A stretch of DNA of 64,000 nucleotides from Octopus vulgaris (GCA_951406725.2 OX597828.1:71610001-71674000), one strand, 5' to 3'. Counted from the first letter of the stretch, positions 38,750-54,209 are shown. A program made the numbers and translations. The notes: a model not told the origin generated them from the letters alone.

Positions 38750-39220
38750 TTAACCCTTTGCCATTTAAACTTATTTCTTTACTACCCACAAGGGGCTAAA
38801 CAAAGAAATGACAAACAAGGACAGACAAACGGATTAAGTCGATTATATCGACCCCAGTGCGTAACTGGTACTTAATTTATCGACCCCCAAAAGGTTAAAG
38901 GCAAAGTCGACCTCGGCGAAATTTGAACTCAGAACGTAGCGGCAGACGAAATACTGCTAAACATTTCGCCCGGCGTGCTAACGTTTCTGCCAGCTCGCCG
39001 CCTTTTAAACTTTGCCATTTAAACTGGCCATATCCAACCCAATATTCTACCTGTTTTATGTCCAAACCGGCCAGATCCGGCCTCTCACACCTACCATACA
39101 ATGTCAGTCTAAAACTAAACAATCGCATCATCGAAAGACTACAAGGTAATGAGTAATTAATTCAAAACATTGTAAACAAACAAGGTTTACATTTGGCAGA
39201 GGAATCTGAATGCTGAAGCG
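38750..39220. mobile_element. TTAA-CCC-ended (piggyBac-type) MITE remnant interrupted by a SINE A
   Basis: TTAACCCTTTG at 38750; the sequence resumes after the SINE at 39010; right end decayed (AATGCTGAAGCG). Confidence 0.45.
38772..39009 (-). mobile_element. Full-length SINE family A with a 16-bp TSD
   Basis: Reverse complement of 3084-3315; TSD CTTTGCCATTTAAACT at 38756-38771 and 39010-39025. Confidence 0.9.
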
Positions 39221-39936
39221 ATGGACGAGATGTTACTTGAACATGTGAAGACACGTGGCTTAAGCTGTTGCCCTCGCGATCGCGAGTTCGTAGTTTCGAT
39301 CGCCGGACCAGGTGGTAGGCTGTGTTCTTGAGTAAGCACTTCTTTTTATGTTACTCCGCGACGGGTTCGCGTCCAGTTCAGGAGGAAGGTTGTGATGTCG
39401 GTCCCTCATAAGCAATGGAAGCCTGGTAACCGGCCCCACGACTTCTAAGACTCAATACAATTAATAACAGTGAGGTGGGGGGGTCTTACTATATTACTTG
39501 TAGATACAGTAAACTTGCAATTGAAGGCGGACTGTAAAAGATGGTGAGGATGCTGGTGTTTCTGCGCCAACTCTGAAGAAAAGATTGCAATAAAAGAGAG
39601 AAGCGGATAATATACAAATTATTTTTATTGGATTATTCATAGACAAATCAGCTCCTATGACCCCCTTCTGAGGATCACATAACTGGTGGGACGAACAGGG
39701 GATGACACACCCAGGCCTGACACCTCTGTCTCTCAAGGTTTACACCGGAGTGAACTCGGCTGAAGGCACCTAAGGCCCTTGCTGGTGGTGTTTAACAGTT
39801 GTGACAACATGGCAGCCTGGTTTCGTAAACAAAATGTTATCTAGGTAGGAAGTGGAAAAACTGGGAATTATAACGTTATTTCGCAGGTTTGATACCAATT
39901 TCGCTATACTGTACTATATTATATTATATTATATTA

Positions 39937-39970
<34 letters not shown>

Positions 39971-40080
39971 TTATCGTATATAGAATAGTATATAATACTA
40001 TGGTAATAACACAATGGTATATATATCATTGCATTTTATATAACTATAATAATTAAAGTATATATATACATACATATATG

Positions 40081-40132
<52 letters not shown>

Positions 40133-40671
40133 TATATATATCTTAAAGTAGACAAATGTATATCAACGTAGACAGTTTCTTATAGGTAGTTGTATATCAA
40201 AGTAGGAAGATGTGTTTTAAAGTAGACAGATATAAATAATGCAGACAGTTCCTGTCTGTATACTGAAGTAGACTGTTGCGCATATAAGTAGACAACTGTA
40301 TTGTCTAACCTAAATCTAAAACTAGGCTGTTGTGTAGTACAGAGAGACAAATATCTGCTAAATGAATTCCTTTAGTCTCACTAAGGTTGATAGATGCATA
40401 AGAAAAGACCCCCCCCTCCCAGCTCAGTTTAAGTCTAACCAAACACCAACTTTCCAGTTTTTCAACTGTAAGGCAGCTATTGATTTCTCTACCATTCTAT
40501 TTTCGATTTTGTATATTTATAAATTGTGTATAATAACAATATCGTTTTGGTTACTAGCTTGCTAAAACTATCACCAGCAGTACAGGAAACCACACTAAAC
40601 ACTTGGTTGTAATGCATGTCTTTCGAATGCTTTATTCTAAGTTAAACCCAGGTAGACCGTTTGACCAATAT

Positions 40672-40893
40672 TGGTTTCAAATTTTAGCTCAAGGCCAGCA
40701 ATTTTGAGGGAATGGGTAAGTTGATTAGATCGACCCCAGTGCTCAACTGGTACTTATTTTATCGACCTCTGAAAGAATAAAAGTAAAAAAAAAAAAACCA
40801 AACGCGGTGGAATTTGAACTCAGAACTTAAAGTCAGGCGAAAAACCGATAAGCACTTCGTCCAGTGCACGAGTGATGCTGCCAATTCTCCGCC
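40672..40893 (-). mobile_element. SINE family A variant (others at ~27290-27470, 28036-28212, 45537-45712 and 48570-48675)
   Basis: GATCGACCCCAGT...CTGGTACTTATTTTATCGACC...AATTTGAACTCAGAAC blocks. Confidence 0.75.
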
Positions 40894-41470
40894 CATGTTG
40901 GACTTTTATTGAAAAGAGAATAAATGTTTGTTCCTTACTAAACGACACACGCTACATGTAGAGTAAATTAGCTTCGAATATTTGGTGGAATATAAGAAAA
41001 AAATTCGCGAGGCTACAGGGTTGTCTATCGATTGATTTTATACACTTACTGGCAGGGTTTATTAAGTTGATGGGGGTGGATCTACGTCGTTTGGAAACGA
41101 TGGGGCTTTACATGTTTGATAAATTTAGTTATCTGCACTTGAATTAACATGCAAGTGACCGAGTATTCCACAAACATGTTTACCCTTAAGGTAATCAGTG
41201 CAACTCAGTTGTGGTGTGGCAAGGCTGTACCTTTTGTATTAAAGGTACAATCTATTCAACGGGATTCCATACAGTTTCCATATATTAAATTTCGCTCACA
41301 AAGTTTGGATCGACCCGAGGTTACAGAAAATGAAATCTGTTTATGTTGCTACGCAGTGGGATCGAGCACGGAGTTCGTGATTAGGAAGCAAAGTTCTTAA
41401 CTAATCGGCCATACTGTGCCTATGAGATTTATTAAAATACAGCTAATATATAAAGGAAAATTCATCCTCG

Positions 41471-41519
<49 letters not shown>

Positions 41520-42343
41520 TAAGCTAATGTAGTTTTAATTAATTAGCTCTATTAACTGAAATATATTTCCATGTACCTGATTATATATTTATACGCCTCC
41601 CCACCCCACAACAATAACTAGTACACTTGTAGTCACCCCACTCTACAGATATCGTTCTCTCTACCCCGTCACTAACATCGCCATCTTACAATCTATACCG
41701 CGATTTGGTCTAGTCTAAAAATACCTGATAACATCATGTTACTCTAACCTACAACATTACATGCCCTCAATTTTCCAATAATTCACGTTAACTTTTGGCA
41801 TACTTTCTACCCTACATCCCTTACTCCCACCCCCTATCAAATGTTTTATTCAAAACGCAACGTCGATTTTCCACTCCACCCATCCCCCCCATCACACCGC
41901 AGTGTTTTTAGTGTCGTCTGTTCAACGCTATTCGCTTTCTCTCGTTTTCGTTCAAATCTGCCATATTTAATACTCGTCATATTACATTTTCTCCGCTCAG
42001 CGTGATTCTTCACTGTTAAAAACTCTATATTTGACTAAAATAGGTTTCAGTTTTCTTTCGAACAATTGATTAGTATTTGAGAGGAACGATCTAAGTCAGA
42101 TCCGATGTCACCTGTTATAGATTTAAAACATCTTCAGCATTTAAAGTGCATACGTACGTATAAAGTATAATGTCTCTAACCACACACACATGCATATATG
42201 TATGTATATATATATATACACACACACCTAACTGTTGTGTATTCTTGATGCCCTTAACCGTGTGTGTGTGTGTATGCGCGCGCGTAGGTGTTGTTTCATA
42301 GGCTTAAAATTAATGATTTCAAGCTTATAGGCTGAGATCGATA

Positions 42344-42412
<69 letters not shown>

Positions 42413-42575
42413 GATGTTTCACATTAGATAGAATCCTATTAATATTACGTTAACTTCTGACCTTAAACTATCGTTGTTTATTTTTTCTCAATGATAAAAT
42501 CTGGAGGTCACGTAATATCTCTTTTATTTAAAAAAAAAATCGAGGTTTCTATAAGCAGACGACACCAAATATATG

Positions 42576-42608
<33 letters not shown>

Positions 42609-44896
42609 ATATATGTATGTATGCATATATGTATGTATGTATGAATGTATATCGTTGGTGAAAATTAATTTGAGAGATAGAGATTTTTGAAATAAGAAAG
42701 AATAAGAGACTCCAAAATCACATGGCATTTCATACAACTGAAATATACTCACAAAAACAGACAAGCATTCTTTTAGAGTCTATATTGCAAAAAAATAATG
42801 AAGATGGAAGAATTACTGAACTTTAACAAACTATTGCTGTCTAGACGGACAAAAAAATTTTGAAATATTCATAGCTTATCGTATTTCTTAAACAGTTCTT
42901 TGGAACTCTAGAAAAAGATTATCATATTTCTTTTTCATTCTTTAATTCTAAAAGTGATCAAATTCTGTGTCAACTGCTCTCGAAAACTAATTAGGTGATC
43001 ACTTCTGTTTATTTTTAATTAATTAAATTAAGACATGAAATATTTGTCTGGTTTCTTTGACATTTACGTCAGCCATTAAGACTGATGTGGTTTATTGTCA
43101 ATCATTATAAGATGGAGAAGTTGTATCACATATCTTATGACTGGTTTTATTATTCCAGACTTTAAGACATCACGTGATTTACTTAACAGTTAATGATCGG
43201 TTATTTTGGCAAAGGAAAGAATATAATTGACTTCGATTACTTATCTGTTTGATAGGACTATTACCCTATGTAATATTGCCTATATCTCGAAGAGTATTCT
43301 TTCCCAAGGAAGGACATACTTGCAGAATACCTCTTAGTTCTACAGAGTTCTTAGCTTGCATGTTATAACTTCTGCAAAAAGTCAGATTTTGGTTTAACCT
43401 TTGACCATGTCAAAGGTTATATTTACTTTCGATATTTCGGTTTTATAAGCTATTGGGTGTTCACGTAATGGATGTAAACACAAAGCTTAGTCAAATTAAA
43501 TCTATATATACACAGTACATGTATATATAAGAGGTGTTAGCGTCAACCATATCGAGAGATGTTGGCCCAGTCAGTCGTAGTTAAGTGAATCGGATTAGTA
43601 AGGCCTCGGATGGAATTGCGGGAATCTTTTGATATGGTCGCATTGACACCATGAATTAGCCGGTCTTGAAGTTGTTGTTTATTAGTGGTAAGTTATGATA
43701 AGGTTGGTGGGTAAATAGACTCTTGTGATGCGACAAAAATATCAATCAAAAATGTTGCAATGGGAAAGCGTCATAGACAGAAGCGAAAAGTTTCTTTAGA
43801 GTCAAAGAATCTTCTCGTACTGTAAATGAAACAAAGCTTTTATTAAACAATGCGTGAAATAAATCGTTGGAAAGAAGCGCTATAAAATCAAATGAAATTT
43901 CCGAACGACAATATTTACATCACAAATATTTCGAAAGCGCATTTCGTTTGATTAATATTCATTAACCAAACTGTTTGTTATATATTAATTACAAACAGCC
44001 GAACTTTACACCGAAAGTCCTAAATTTGCCATAACAAAGGAGAATTATATTCCTAACGCAAAAGTAACGAACGGAAAGTCACAATAATGTCTCCAGATTT
44101 TAAAATTGAATTTTGTTTATTTATTTCCAAATCTACTTTCAGTTTTATATTGAAAGTAAAAATTGTTTAGATGAAAAGAGAATTCATATTTGATCGTTTA
44201 GATCAAATATTTCTCTAATGATTACAAAGTTGTTTTAATTATCGAAATTATTAGTTTTTGTTAATTCTCGTAGCATAAATGTGGATCTCAAAAATTTGCC
44301 CCAGAATTTAGATTCGGAATATATAAATATATATATACTTTCGAATATAAACCTAAATTGCTATCCACAATTAAAAACTCTTTAATTGATGCGTGTTTGT
44401 AGAGTGGCATAAACACATTCAGACTCGTAAAGGTAAATGGTTTCTCGCAGTTGTGGTTTCATCCATAAGGATTAGTGTCAAAGGAATATATAATTTCCAA
44501 GGGAATAAGATTAAAGATCAGTAAGAAGTGGAAGGAGTGCATAATAATAAAAATATTCATATAGATTTATTTCCAGACTATGCACTGCTTTACTAGTAGT
44601 CTATGTTCACGAAGGACCCACTTGAATATAACGGTGGGATAAAGTATAGTTTAATTTAGGATTTTCTGGTGTCATTAGATAATCTTCACTTAAATTTGTT
44701 TTTAAGAGTGTCCATTTTCTTTAGGATTTATGGAAACCAAAGAGACTCAACCGAATCTCAAAGATTTCTTCTTTTCTTGTCAATCAGGGGAATATTTTTT
44801 CCAGAATAAAGTTGGGATGTTATTTATGATACTCTGCCTGTCTAATTAACTCATCCACACACATACACACACTCGTATACACACTTCCATACATAC

Positions 44897-44927
<31 letters not shown>

Positions 44928-44985
44928 TGTATGTATGTATGTATGTATATATGAATATATGTATTTATTTTTTAAATATACGTTG

Positions 44986-45071
<86 letters not shown>

Positions 45072-45709
45072 ATGTGAAGCCTAAATGTGTTTATCTGCGT
45101 CACTACTCCTCTATGTATATATATATATATATATACACACATATGTGCATGAATAATTGTATGCATGTATGTATGCGTGCACAGTTTCCTATTTTCGTTA
45201 TTTGGAACGATCAACGAAAGAAAAATAAAGATGGTCTCACTATTACTTTTATCAATCTATTAACACCGCAGTAAATGTTTCGTAATCCCGTAAATATATA
45301 TTTGACTAATAAACGCATTCGCAAGATAAATCTCCACCATTAGATTTTCAGAATTGACTCTATTTCTGTCATATCTATGCCATTAGGAAGCTTACGCCTT
45401 TCAATGTACAACCCTAGCTATTAAAATAGTACAGTAATACAATTTTATAGTGTGTGTGTATATGTATATATGTTTGTATTATTATTATCATTATTGTTAT
45501 TGCTTTTATCATTATCATTATCATGATTATTATTAATGCTTAGCGGTATTTCGCCCATCGCTCCGATGTGGGTTCAAATTCCGCCGAGGTCGACTTTGCC
45601 TTTCATTGTTTGGGTTCGATAAAAGAAATACCGGTTCAACATTGGGGGTCGACGTAATCGACTGATCCCCCACCCACCAAATTGCTGTCCTTGCGCCAAA
45701 ATTTGAAAC

Positions 45710-45797
<88 letters not shown>

Positions 45798-45903
45798 AAT
45801 AATAATAAAATACATTATTATAGTCTCATGATAATAAAATTACCAAACAGTTTCATGCCAGAAACAACACCAGCAATCATCAGAAATAGCTGAATGAACA
45901 GAC

Positions 45904-45938
<35 letters not shown>

Positions 45939-45982
45939 TGTATACAGATACATGTATATAATATGATATAATGTATATATAT

Positions 45983-46038
<56 letters not shown>

Positions 46039-47707
46039 CATATATATGTATTTATACGTATATATGTATACACACCTGTATATGTGTATTCGTTACATCT
46101 GCCTACTTATCAACTATATTTACCTCTTTAAAATATCTACCTATATGCAAACATTGTATGTATATGTATGGCCTATTTCTACTCATATATTCCCTACATC
46201 TGCCTATATATATCCATTAGATTGGTTTAGGACAGCGAAAAAAATTACCCCCCCCCCCCCAAAAAACAAACAAAACAAAAAAACAAAAGAAGAAAGCAAC
46301 AATTTCAAGAATGAATCGTGATTTAATTCTTCTCTACAGCTGTTTCAAGGTGTAGCTGTATGTAAAACATATAATTAATTTAAATGTGATTGCTAAGCCG
46401 TTTCATCACATGATAAAACTGAAATATGAAAATTCCAAACATCGTAACCGTTTTAAAAGTATTCATCATATTTGATCAGGTGCTGATCGACCCGACTAGT
46501 GGATGCTGTTATACGTCGCTGGTTACAATGCACTTTGTATTGTTTTAGCGTCCAATTGATGCCTTTCCTGCTGGCCAGGTGAGCAGGCCAACACCCCTTC
46601 CGCTCGGAAGGCTATTCTGTCGCAGGGGTACCCGTTTACAGCTGAGGGGACTGGAGCAACGTGAAATGGAATGTTTTGCTCAAGAACACAACGCGCTTCT
46701 CGGCCCGAGAATCGAACGCACGATCTAGTGATCGTGAGTGTAGCGCCCTAACCACCATACCACTTCTACATCTGCCTTATGTTCACTGTCCGTCCGTGTG
46801 TTCAATATATTTGCCAATGCATTCAGTATATATTCAATATATTATGGTTTAGCCTAGAAATACGGACGCTGGTCATAGCATTTGCCAGCTGCCGGCCCTC
46901 CCGTAGCGACCCACACTAATATCCTTAACATCCACGTCCAGCGACAATATATAATTTATGTCGTTTTGTTGTCTCTTGATGTGATGTCTACTTTATACTT
47001 AGCGTTCATGTCCACTGTATGTCATCCCCGTTGCTGTCTACGTAGTATATTCCGAAGTATTGTCTACATTACATCATCATCGTCATCATTATTATTATTA
47101 TTATCATTATTTTTATCATTATTTAGCATCTCTTTATCTGCTGCTGCTTACAACTAATCTATATTCATTTAATGTCGGCCAACTCCTTACATTTACTGTT
47201 GATTCTATAATCCTGTTATCGTCTGCTTTATCGCCAATTTGTATCTTGATATTATCTACTCTTGCAGTTTCGACTTAGACTGGCCGAATGTTTTGTTTTA
47301 TGAAGTCTCCTCACACTGTCGTCCAACGATCTCTTAATTAGGATAACACATTATGTTGTATCCACATTATTCAACCATGTGCCAGAATGGTCTTTATAGA
47401 ACCTAGAACAGCAAAACAGTACAGTTCAACGAAGACGATAACTTGTAGAAATGTTAAAAGGTTTCATATTAATGTTTTAATTCCGGCATTTGTGACTGCT
47501 TATGATCAGGACAATTCATTTTAAATACAAGATAAATATTTAAATAAAATTAGAATGTAATAATTCTTATACTATGCATTATAGATTTCAATCCAGGGAC
47601 ACAAACACACACACACACACACGCATGCACTCGCTCACATACATATATAAGTAACGAATTAGAAATGGTATATTTACAATTCTGAGCCACAAGACAAATT
47701 CATGACA

Positions 47708-47753
<46 letters not shown>

Positions 47754-47855
47754 CGCTTAGGCATAGCGATACTAGGTTAACCTTGTGTTAGAACTTAATA
47801 TTCATAGACTTCGGAACAGTAATAAGGGATTATAAAAACGACAAAAGAACCCAAA

Positions 47856-48031
47856 AATTATATAATGAACTGCATTAGCTTACTGGTGTTTCTGCTATAA
47901 GACGCAAATGCATTCATAGTTCCATGGATGTTAATCTGAACCTATAGAGAGATTCGCGAACATGCAACTATGAGTGCATTGCAGCGTATAGCAGAAACAA
48001 CTGTAAGGTAATGAAGTTCATGATATAGTTT
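47856..48031. mobile_element. Foldback element with ~70-bp imperfect arms
   Basis: ATGAACT.CATTA.CTTAC..TGTTTCTGCTATA...ATGCATTCATAGTT.CATG is mirrored by CATG.AACTATGAGTGCAT...TATAGCAGAAACA...GTAAG.TAATG.AGTTCAT. Confidence 0.75.
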
Positions 48032-48676
48032 CTTCTTCTTTTGATATTTTAAATTTCTTATATATATATATATATATATATGAAACTTATAAATGAAATA
48101 TAGTGTTATGTATTGACCTTCTTTTTTATGTATTGCTGGGTATAGAATAACGCAGAAAAAGGTTTACTGTAGCGCAGAGTGCTGTGTGTAGGGACTATGA
48201 TATAGGCTATAGTTGGTGTAAGGATGGGAGGGGGGGTCTATGAAATAGGGTATTGCTATGCAGTTGCTCTCTTATGGGTATTTTTGAAGGAACGTGTACC
48301 GTAAACCTTTGCTACGATTAGGGTGTTCGAAAGGATTATGATGTAGGGGGTCGAGTTAGTGCTTGGGATATTTCTCTGCAGAGAATAACACTTTGGTAAG
48401 AATGTACTGGAGTTGTATTGTGGGAAATCAGTGCCGTACAGAAAATTTTCTAGGAGCCAAAGAGAGAGAGAGAGAGAGAGAAAGAAGGGAAGATATACCG
48501 TGATAGGGTTGTTTTGGAGCTGAAGAAAAAGGCGTTTAAAAGAATAATTTGTTCGGACAGCAGAGAATAGCACAAGGTTTTGAAGTGAGGGAGAAAGTCG
48601 ATTACATCGACCCCAGTACTTTACTGGTACTTATTTTATCAATTCCGAAAGGCTGAAAGGCGAAGTCGACCTCAAA

Positions 48677-48717
<41 letters not shown>

Positions 48718-49914
48718 ATATAAAATATGTGTATCCTTTTGTGTGTGTATGAAAGAGGGTAACTGGGACAGATAGTGGTTGATGTAGTGTGATAGCTAAG
48801 TGGAGGTAGGAAAATAAATAAATACAAGCTGAATGGCGAAAAAAATTAAGCTAACATTGACAACAAACTTTCACTATCATTGCTGTTTCCTGACGAAATA
48901 TCTCCTCATTGAAGGAATAGTAAATACAGTTGTCACGAAACAAAGAAGGTTCCATAACACGATAAGAATTAAGCACGATGAAAAAAGAGAGAGAGAGAGA
49001 GAGAGAGAGCGAGAAAAAACGTAGGTTTTAGTGAATAAATATCCACGAAAGCTTTTCTCTATGACCAAGTCTTCTGAATTGAATAAAGAATTATATAAAA
49101 ACAATGACAAAAAAAAGAAAAACCGTACTTATTCTCAAATTATTAATGCTACCATTTGGGGAATGTCTGATGTGATTGAGTTGTAGCTATTTGTAGGACT
49201 AATACGACAGAGAAAAAAACTGAGACCATCACCCATACATACATACATACATACATACATACATACATACATACATACATACATACATACATGCATACAT
49301 ACATAGGTGTGTGTGTGTGTGTTCCTATACGTTCTGATACGTACATACACACTTTATAAATGCACAAATATCCTTTCATTGAATCCCTTAGAATGAAACT
49401 AGAAATACAAAGATCAGACCAACCAAATTGTTTCTCTGTTTCCTGAGTCTGGACTGACGGTAACAAAGAATATAAAAAGAATCAAAGTATAAAATCATAA
49501 ACGATGAGAATGGAACACGAAAAGAATAGAAAAAGAAGCAATTTATAGAGTTAGCTTTGTCGTCGATGTGTGTTGTGCAATATCATCATTAAATATCAAC
49601 GATTGTTCTCCATTAAAGACCTTTTATTTTAAGATGATCTCAGCAACAAGTTAGAGGCCATTTTATACACTGGCCTCTGTGGTCACGTGTCCATCTCCTT
49701 TGCCATGCATCGTGCCAGCTGCAGTTTACATAATACTACGCACACACACACACACACACACATACACACACACACAGAGTCACATACGCACATACGCACT
49801 CACGCTCATACACACTTACACACACAAATTTTCTTTTTGACTCTTGCGCAAATAACACATAGAAAATAAACACACTCGTACACACATGGTCTGTTGAGAA
49901 ACAACACACTCAAA

Positions 49915-49986
<72 letters not shown>

Positions 49987-50053
49987 TATACATATACATG
50001 CATATATATATACATACATATATATATATACATGCATACATATACATATACAT

Positions 50054-50129
<76 letters not shown>

Positions 50130-50265
50130 GAGTGTGTGTCCGTTACAATCGATTATGGGAATGTACAACAGATCAATATTCGCTTAACGACGTAATACAT
50201 TAACATGGACACTCAGGCTCGTTCTTTCACTATATACATTCGTGAACATATGTATATATAAATAT

Positions 50266-50352
<87 letters not shown>

Positions 50353-50539
50353 ATGTTACATATGTACACATATATATATATACACACATACGTACGCATG
50401 TACATACACACACATACACACACATATACAATTGATTCGACACTCCGAATAGAGCCACCTCATCAGTAAATATTCTGTCGTCATTCTTAAAATTGGTTTA
50501 AAATAATAAGCTTAATGTAACACATACCTACCTACCTAC

Positions 50540-50601
<62 letters not shown>

Positions 50602-50708
50602 TATGTATATATCATTAGACATAGTATGTTATATGCACAAAGAGGTATATTATTCAAGCCCAAAACAATACATGTACATGCAGATACGCCTTACGTAGAA
50701 CCACAAAA

Positions 50709-50739
<31 letters not shown>

Positions 50740-50989
50740 AACAAAAAATTTGTATTTGGAAATTAAAACCAACCGCTAAAATTCTAAAGATTTACACTGT
50801 CTTGTTTCCATTCTTCCATTTACGGTAAAACGGAGACCCTAGAAATATTTGTATTAAAATCATTTGGTCCTGTCACAGTACTTGCTATTTGCCGATGGAT
50901 TTTTTGGGGGTTTTTTGTATCATCTATGGTAAAACCCACTAAACAGATAAATTTATAACTATGTAAGTGTACCATAATTCGTGGGGAGG

Positions 50990-51048
<59 letters not shown>

Positions 51049-51233
51049 CTATATTGTAAATCACTACAACTGTTTCAGCGCGTTATTATCTGCTGGTAAT
51101 TCTGAATATTACATATATTATATATATTGCATTAACCCTTCAGGTGTGCAGGGTCCAATGCACAGCTAAATCATAATTAGTTTCTCTTTGTTTTAGACCC
51201 TCACTGTTATGTTATTTTTAGCATTCCATTGAC

Positions 51234-51270
<37 letters not shown>

Positions 51271-51637
51271 AGTGTACATTCACATATAAATATATATTTC
51301 GTATATGAAGGTACGGTTTCCACAAACATGTATATGTATGTGTATATATGTCCGTCTGTAGATCAGCACATGTCTTTGTGTATGTGCGTGCTTGTCTAGC
51401 ATTTTTGGATAGAGAGGGCAGAATGATGTCTTACTGCTGCTGGTGGAATGCGAGCTGGGTCTTTATCAACCCTAGTTGGGTCAAACTGGCCAAAGTGGGT
51501 CTGATGTCGAAAGACCCTAGAAACATCACTTGATGATGTTTCTAAGAACCAAAGAACCTAGAAACATCACTTGATGATGCACCCCAGAGCACCCGCGAGA
51601 TGTATCTTGGATATATATTTGTATATATATATATATT

Positions 51638-51686
<49 letters not shown>

Positions 51687-51867
51687 ACACACATGTACAA
51701 AAATATGTATGTATATATGTATGTATGTATGCAGGAGTGTATGAGTGTGTTTGTGTACGTGAAGGTGTGTAGTGGCTTTAGGTTCTGCCGTATGTTATAG
51801 CATCGATAATATTACTTCTACCCTGAATTTATAAACACTCCATTTTTTAAACTAATTTCAGAACAGA

Positions 51868-52061
51868 TTGAAATAGAATGCCCGATAGGGCTCCTACGGA
51901 ATGTTTGCCTCTGACGGACAGCAAGGGTTATCACGAGGGTTCTAAGCACTTGAAAGACTGCCGTGAACGTGTGGATACCCAAGGTTACAGGTAGTAACCC
52001 GCTACCCATATAAATCCTACCAGGAATAAGACCAAATCTGAGCTTTGTTTTTATAATGATG

Positions 52062-52092
<31 letters not shown>

Positions 52093-52319
52093 CAACAACA
52101 ATAACAGCAGCAACAATAATAATGATAATAATAATAATAAGAAGAATGCCCGGTAGAGCTCCTACAGAAAGTTTGTCTCCTAGGGACCACAAAGATTATC
52201 AGGAGGGTTCTAAGCATTTGAAAGATAGCAGAAAACTTGTGGATACCTAAGGTTACGGGTAGAAAACCACTACCCACATGAATCCTACCAGGAATAAGAC
52301 TGAACCTGAGTCAAACCAA

Positions 52320-52320
<1 letters not shown>
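51868..52320 (+). mobile_element. Two tandem R4/Dong-like 3' ends separated and followed by (TAA)n
   Basis: IECPIGLLRNVCL*RTARVITRVLST* and ECPVELLQKVCLLGTTKIIRRVLSI*, with homologous 3'UTRs; related to 7645-8690. Confidence 0.8.
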
Positions 52321-52392
<72 letters not shown>

Positions 52393-53036
52393 GTAACGAG
52401 AACAAGAACAAGAACAATAACAAGAATAGTAATAATAACAACAAAAACAATAGTAATAAAAAAAAAATACGCCTCGGATGAGATATGAACTTGGTAAATA
52501 AAGGGACCTAAATAAACAGGTTTTGTTCGTTGCTCTGCTGCCTCCCCCGGTTTATCATCCTGACATCAATGATTTCTGAGTGAGAGACAAGGTCACATGT
52601 TTTGGTGAATGGGGGTGGGGGTGTTTCTGATGAGTTCTATGATCGATTAAAATCGATATCCTATTCATGATTGCTACTTCTTTTCTTCATCTCCGAAGTA
52701 TGAAAATCAAGTTGATCCGAGTGAGATTCGAACGTGGAACTCAGACATAGAACAAGATATTTTATTTGAATTAACACCGTCAATGTTATCTACAGCCACC
52801 ATATATATATATATGTGTGAATTACGTAAATATGATGTCGTATACTTCCCTTCGTCAACACACAATATGGAACCCTTACTAATTCAGCTTTAAGAATAAT
52901 AATTAAAGAAAGATAAACATTTAATTTAATATAAATATTTCATTTTATATTAACCTAACCATAACATAAGAAGCTGAAACCCCCGATACGCACACAAATA
53001 CACACATACACGCAATGTATTATATTACAGTATATG

Positions 53037-53070
<34 letters not shown>

Positions 53071-53609
53071 CAGTCTGTTACAATATATTGTAATGCTCAC
53101 TAATACGTAATCTTAACAAACTATTGAATAGCATCTTGCGACAATTTCCAATAAAATTTATAATACTATCGCATTAAGACACAGTACACATTTACAAAAT
53201 ACTAATCATATCTCCATTTGAAATAAATTTAAAGTACAGTCGAAAAGAAAAATCGAGTCTTGACATTATTTTTTGCTTCGACGTGTGAAATGGAAGAAGC
53301 AGACGACAAAATTTTCAGTGAATTCCTAGTAGTTGAAAATTACAAGTTCAGTGTTTAGCAAGTTGCTGCTGTTTTATAATAGTCCCCCCCCCCCCCAAAT
53401 GATTGCAGAAATCAATATTTTATCATTAGCTATTTCTGGCGCATTGCTACAATGCACACAGCCATTGCCCGGGAGTGAGGCGTTCCACTTGATACTATTT
53501 CGCCGGCAACACTATACAGTGCAGCAAGCTGTCCATGGATACAAACGCGCGCACGCACACACACACACAGATATATGCATATATGTACATATATGTGCAT
53601 GCATATATA

Positions 53610-53649
<40 letters not shown>

Positions 53650-53768
53650 CATACATATGATTGTATATAAATACATACATATACTTACATAAATATTAAT
53701 ATATATATGTGTGTGTGTGTGTGCCTGTGTGCCTATGTAAGTGTGTGCGTGTGTGAATGTATACATAG

Positions 53769-53818
<50 letters not shown>

Positions 53819-53833
53819 ACATGTATATATGTA

Positions 53834-53909
<76 letters not shown>

Positions 53910-54092
53910 CATATATATATATATGTTATATATATACATACACAGACACACACGCATACACACACACACATATATATATATCAAATCGGTTTGTGCACAT
54001 GCCTGCGCACGCACACGCACGGGTACAGACATGCACGCATTGATATATGCATAAATACATGTGTGTTATTTGCATGTTTATATGGAGAAGGC

Positions 54093-54143
<51 letters not shown>

Positions 54144-54209
54144 TCATAAACTTACAGAAATCTCTTATAAGTAATTATTAACGTTTGAATATCATCCTAG
54201 TCATCATCG

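Noticed and set aside
39530-39810. Solo LTR (TG...CA block)
   Set aside because: No target-site duplication, PBS or second copy seen.
51058-51148. Long-stem-II hammerhead on - (CTGAAGG...GAAACAGTTGTA)
   Set aside because: Core A9 is mutated, stem I has only 3 bp and stem II is unconvincing.
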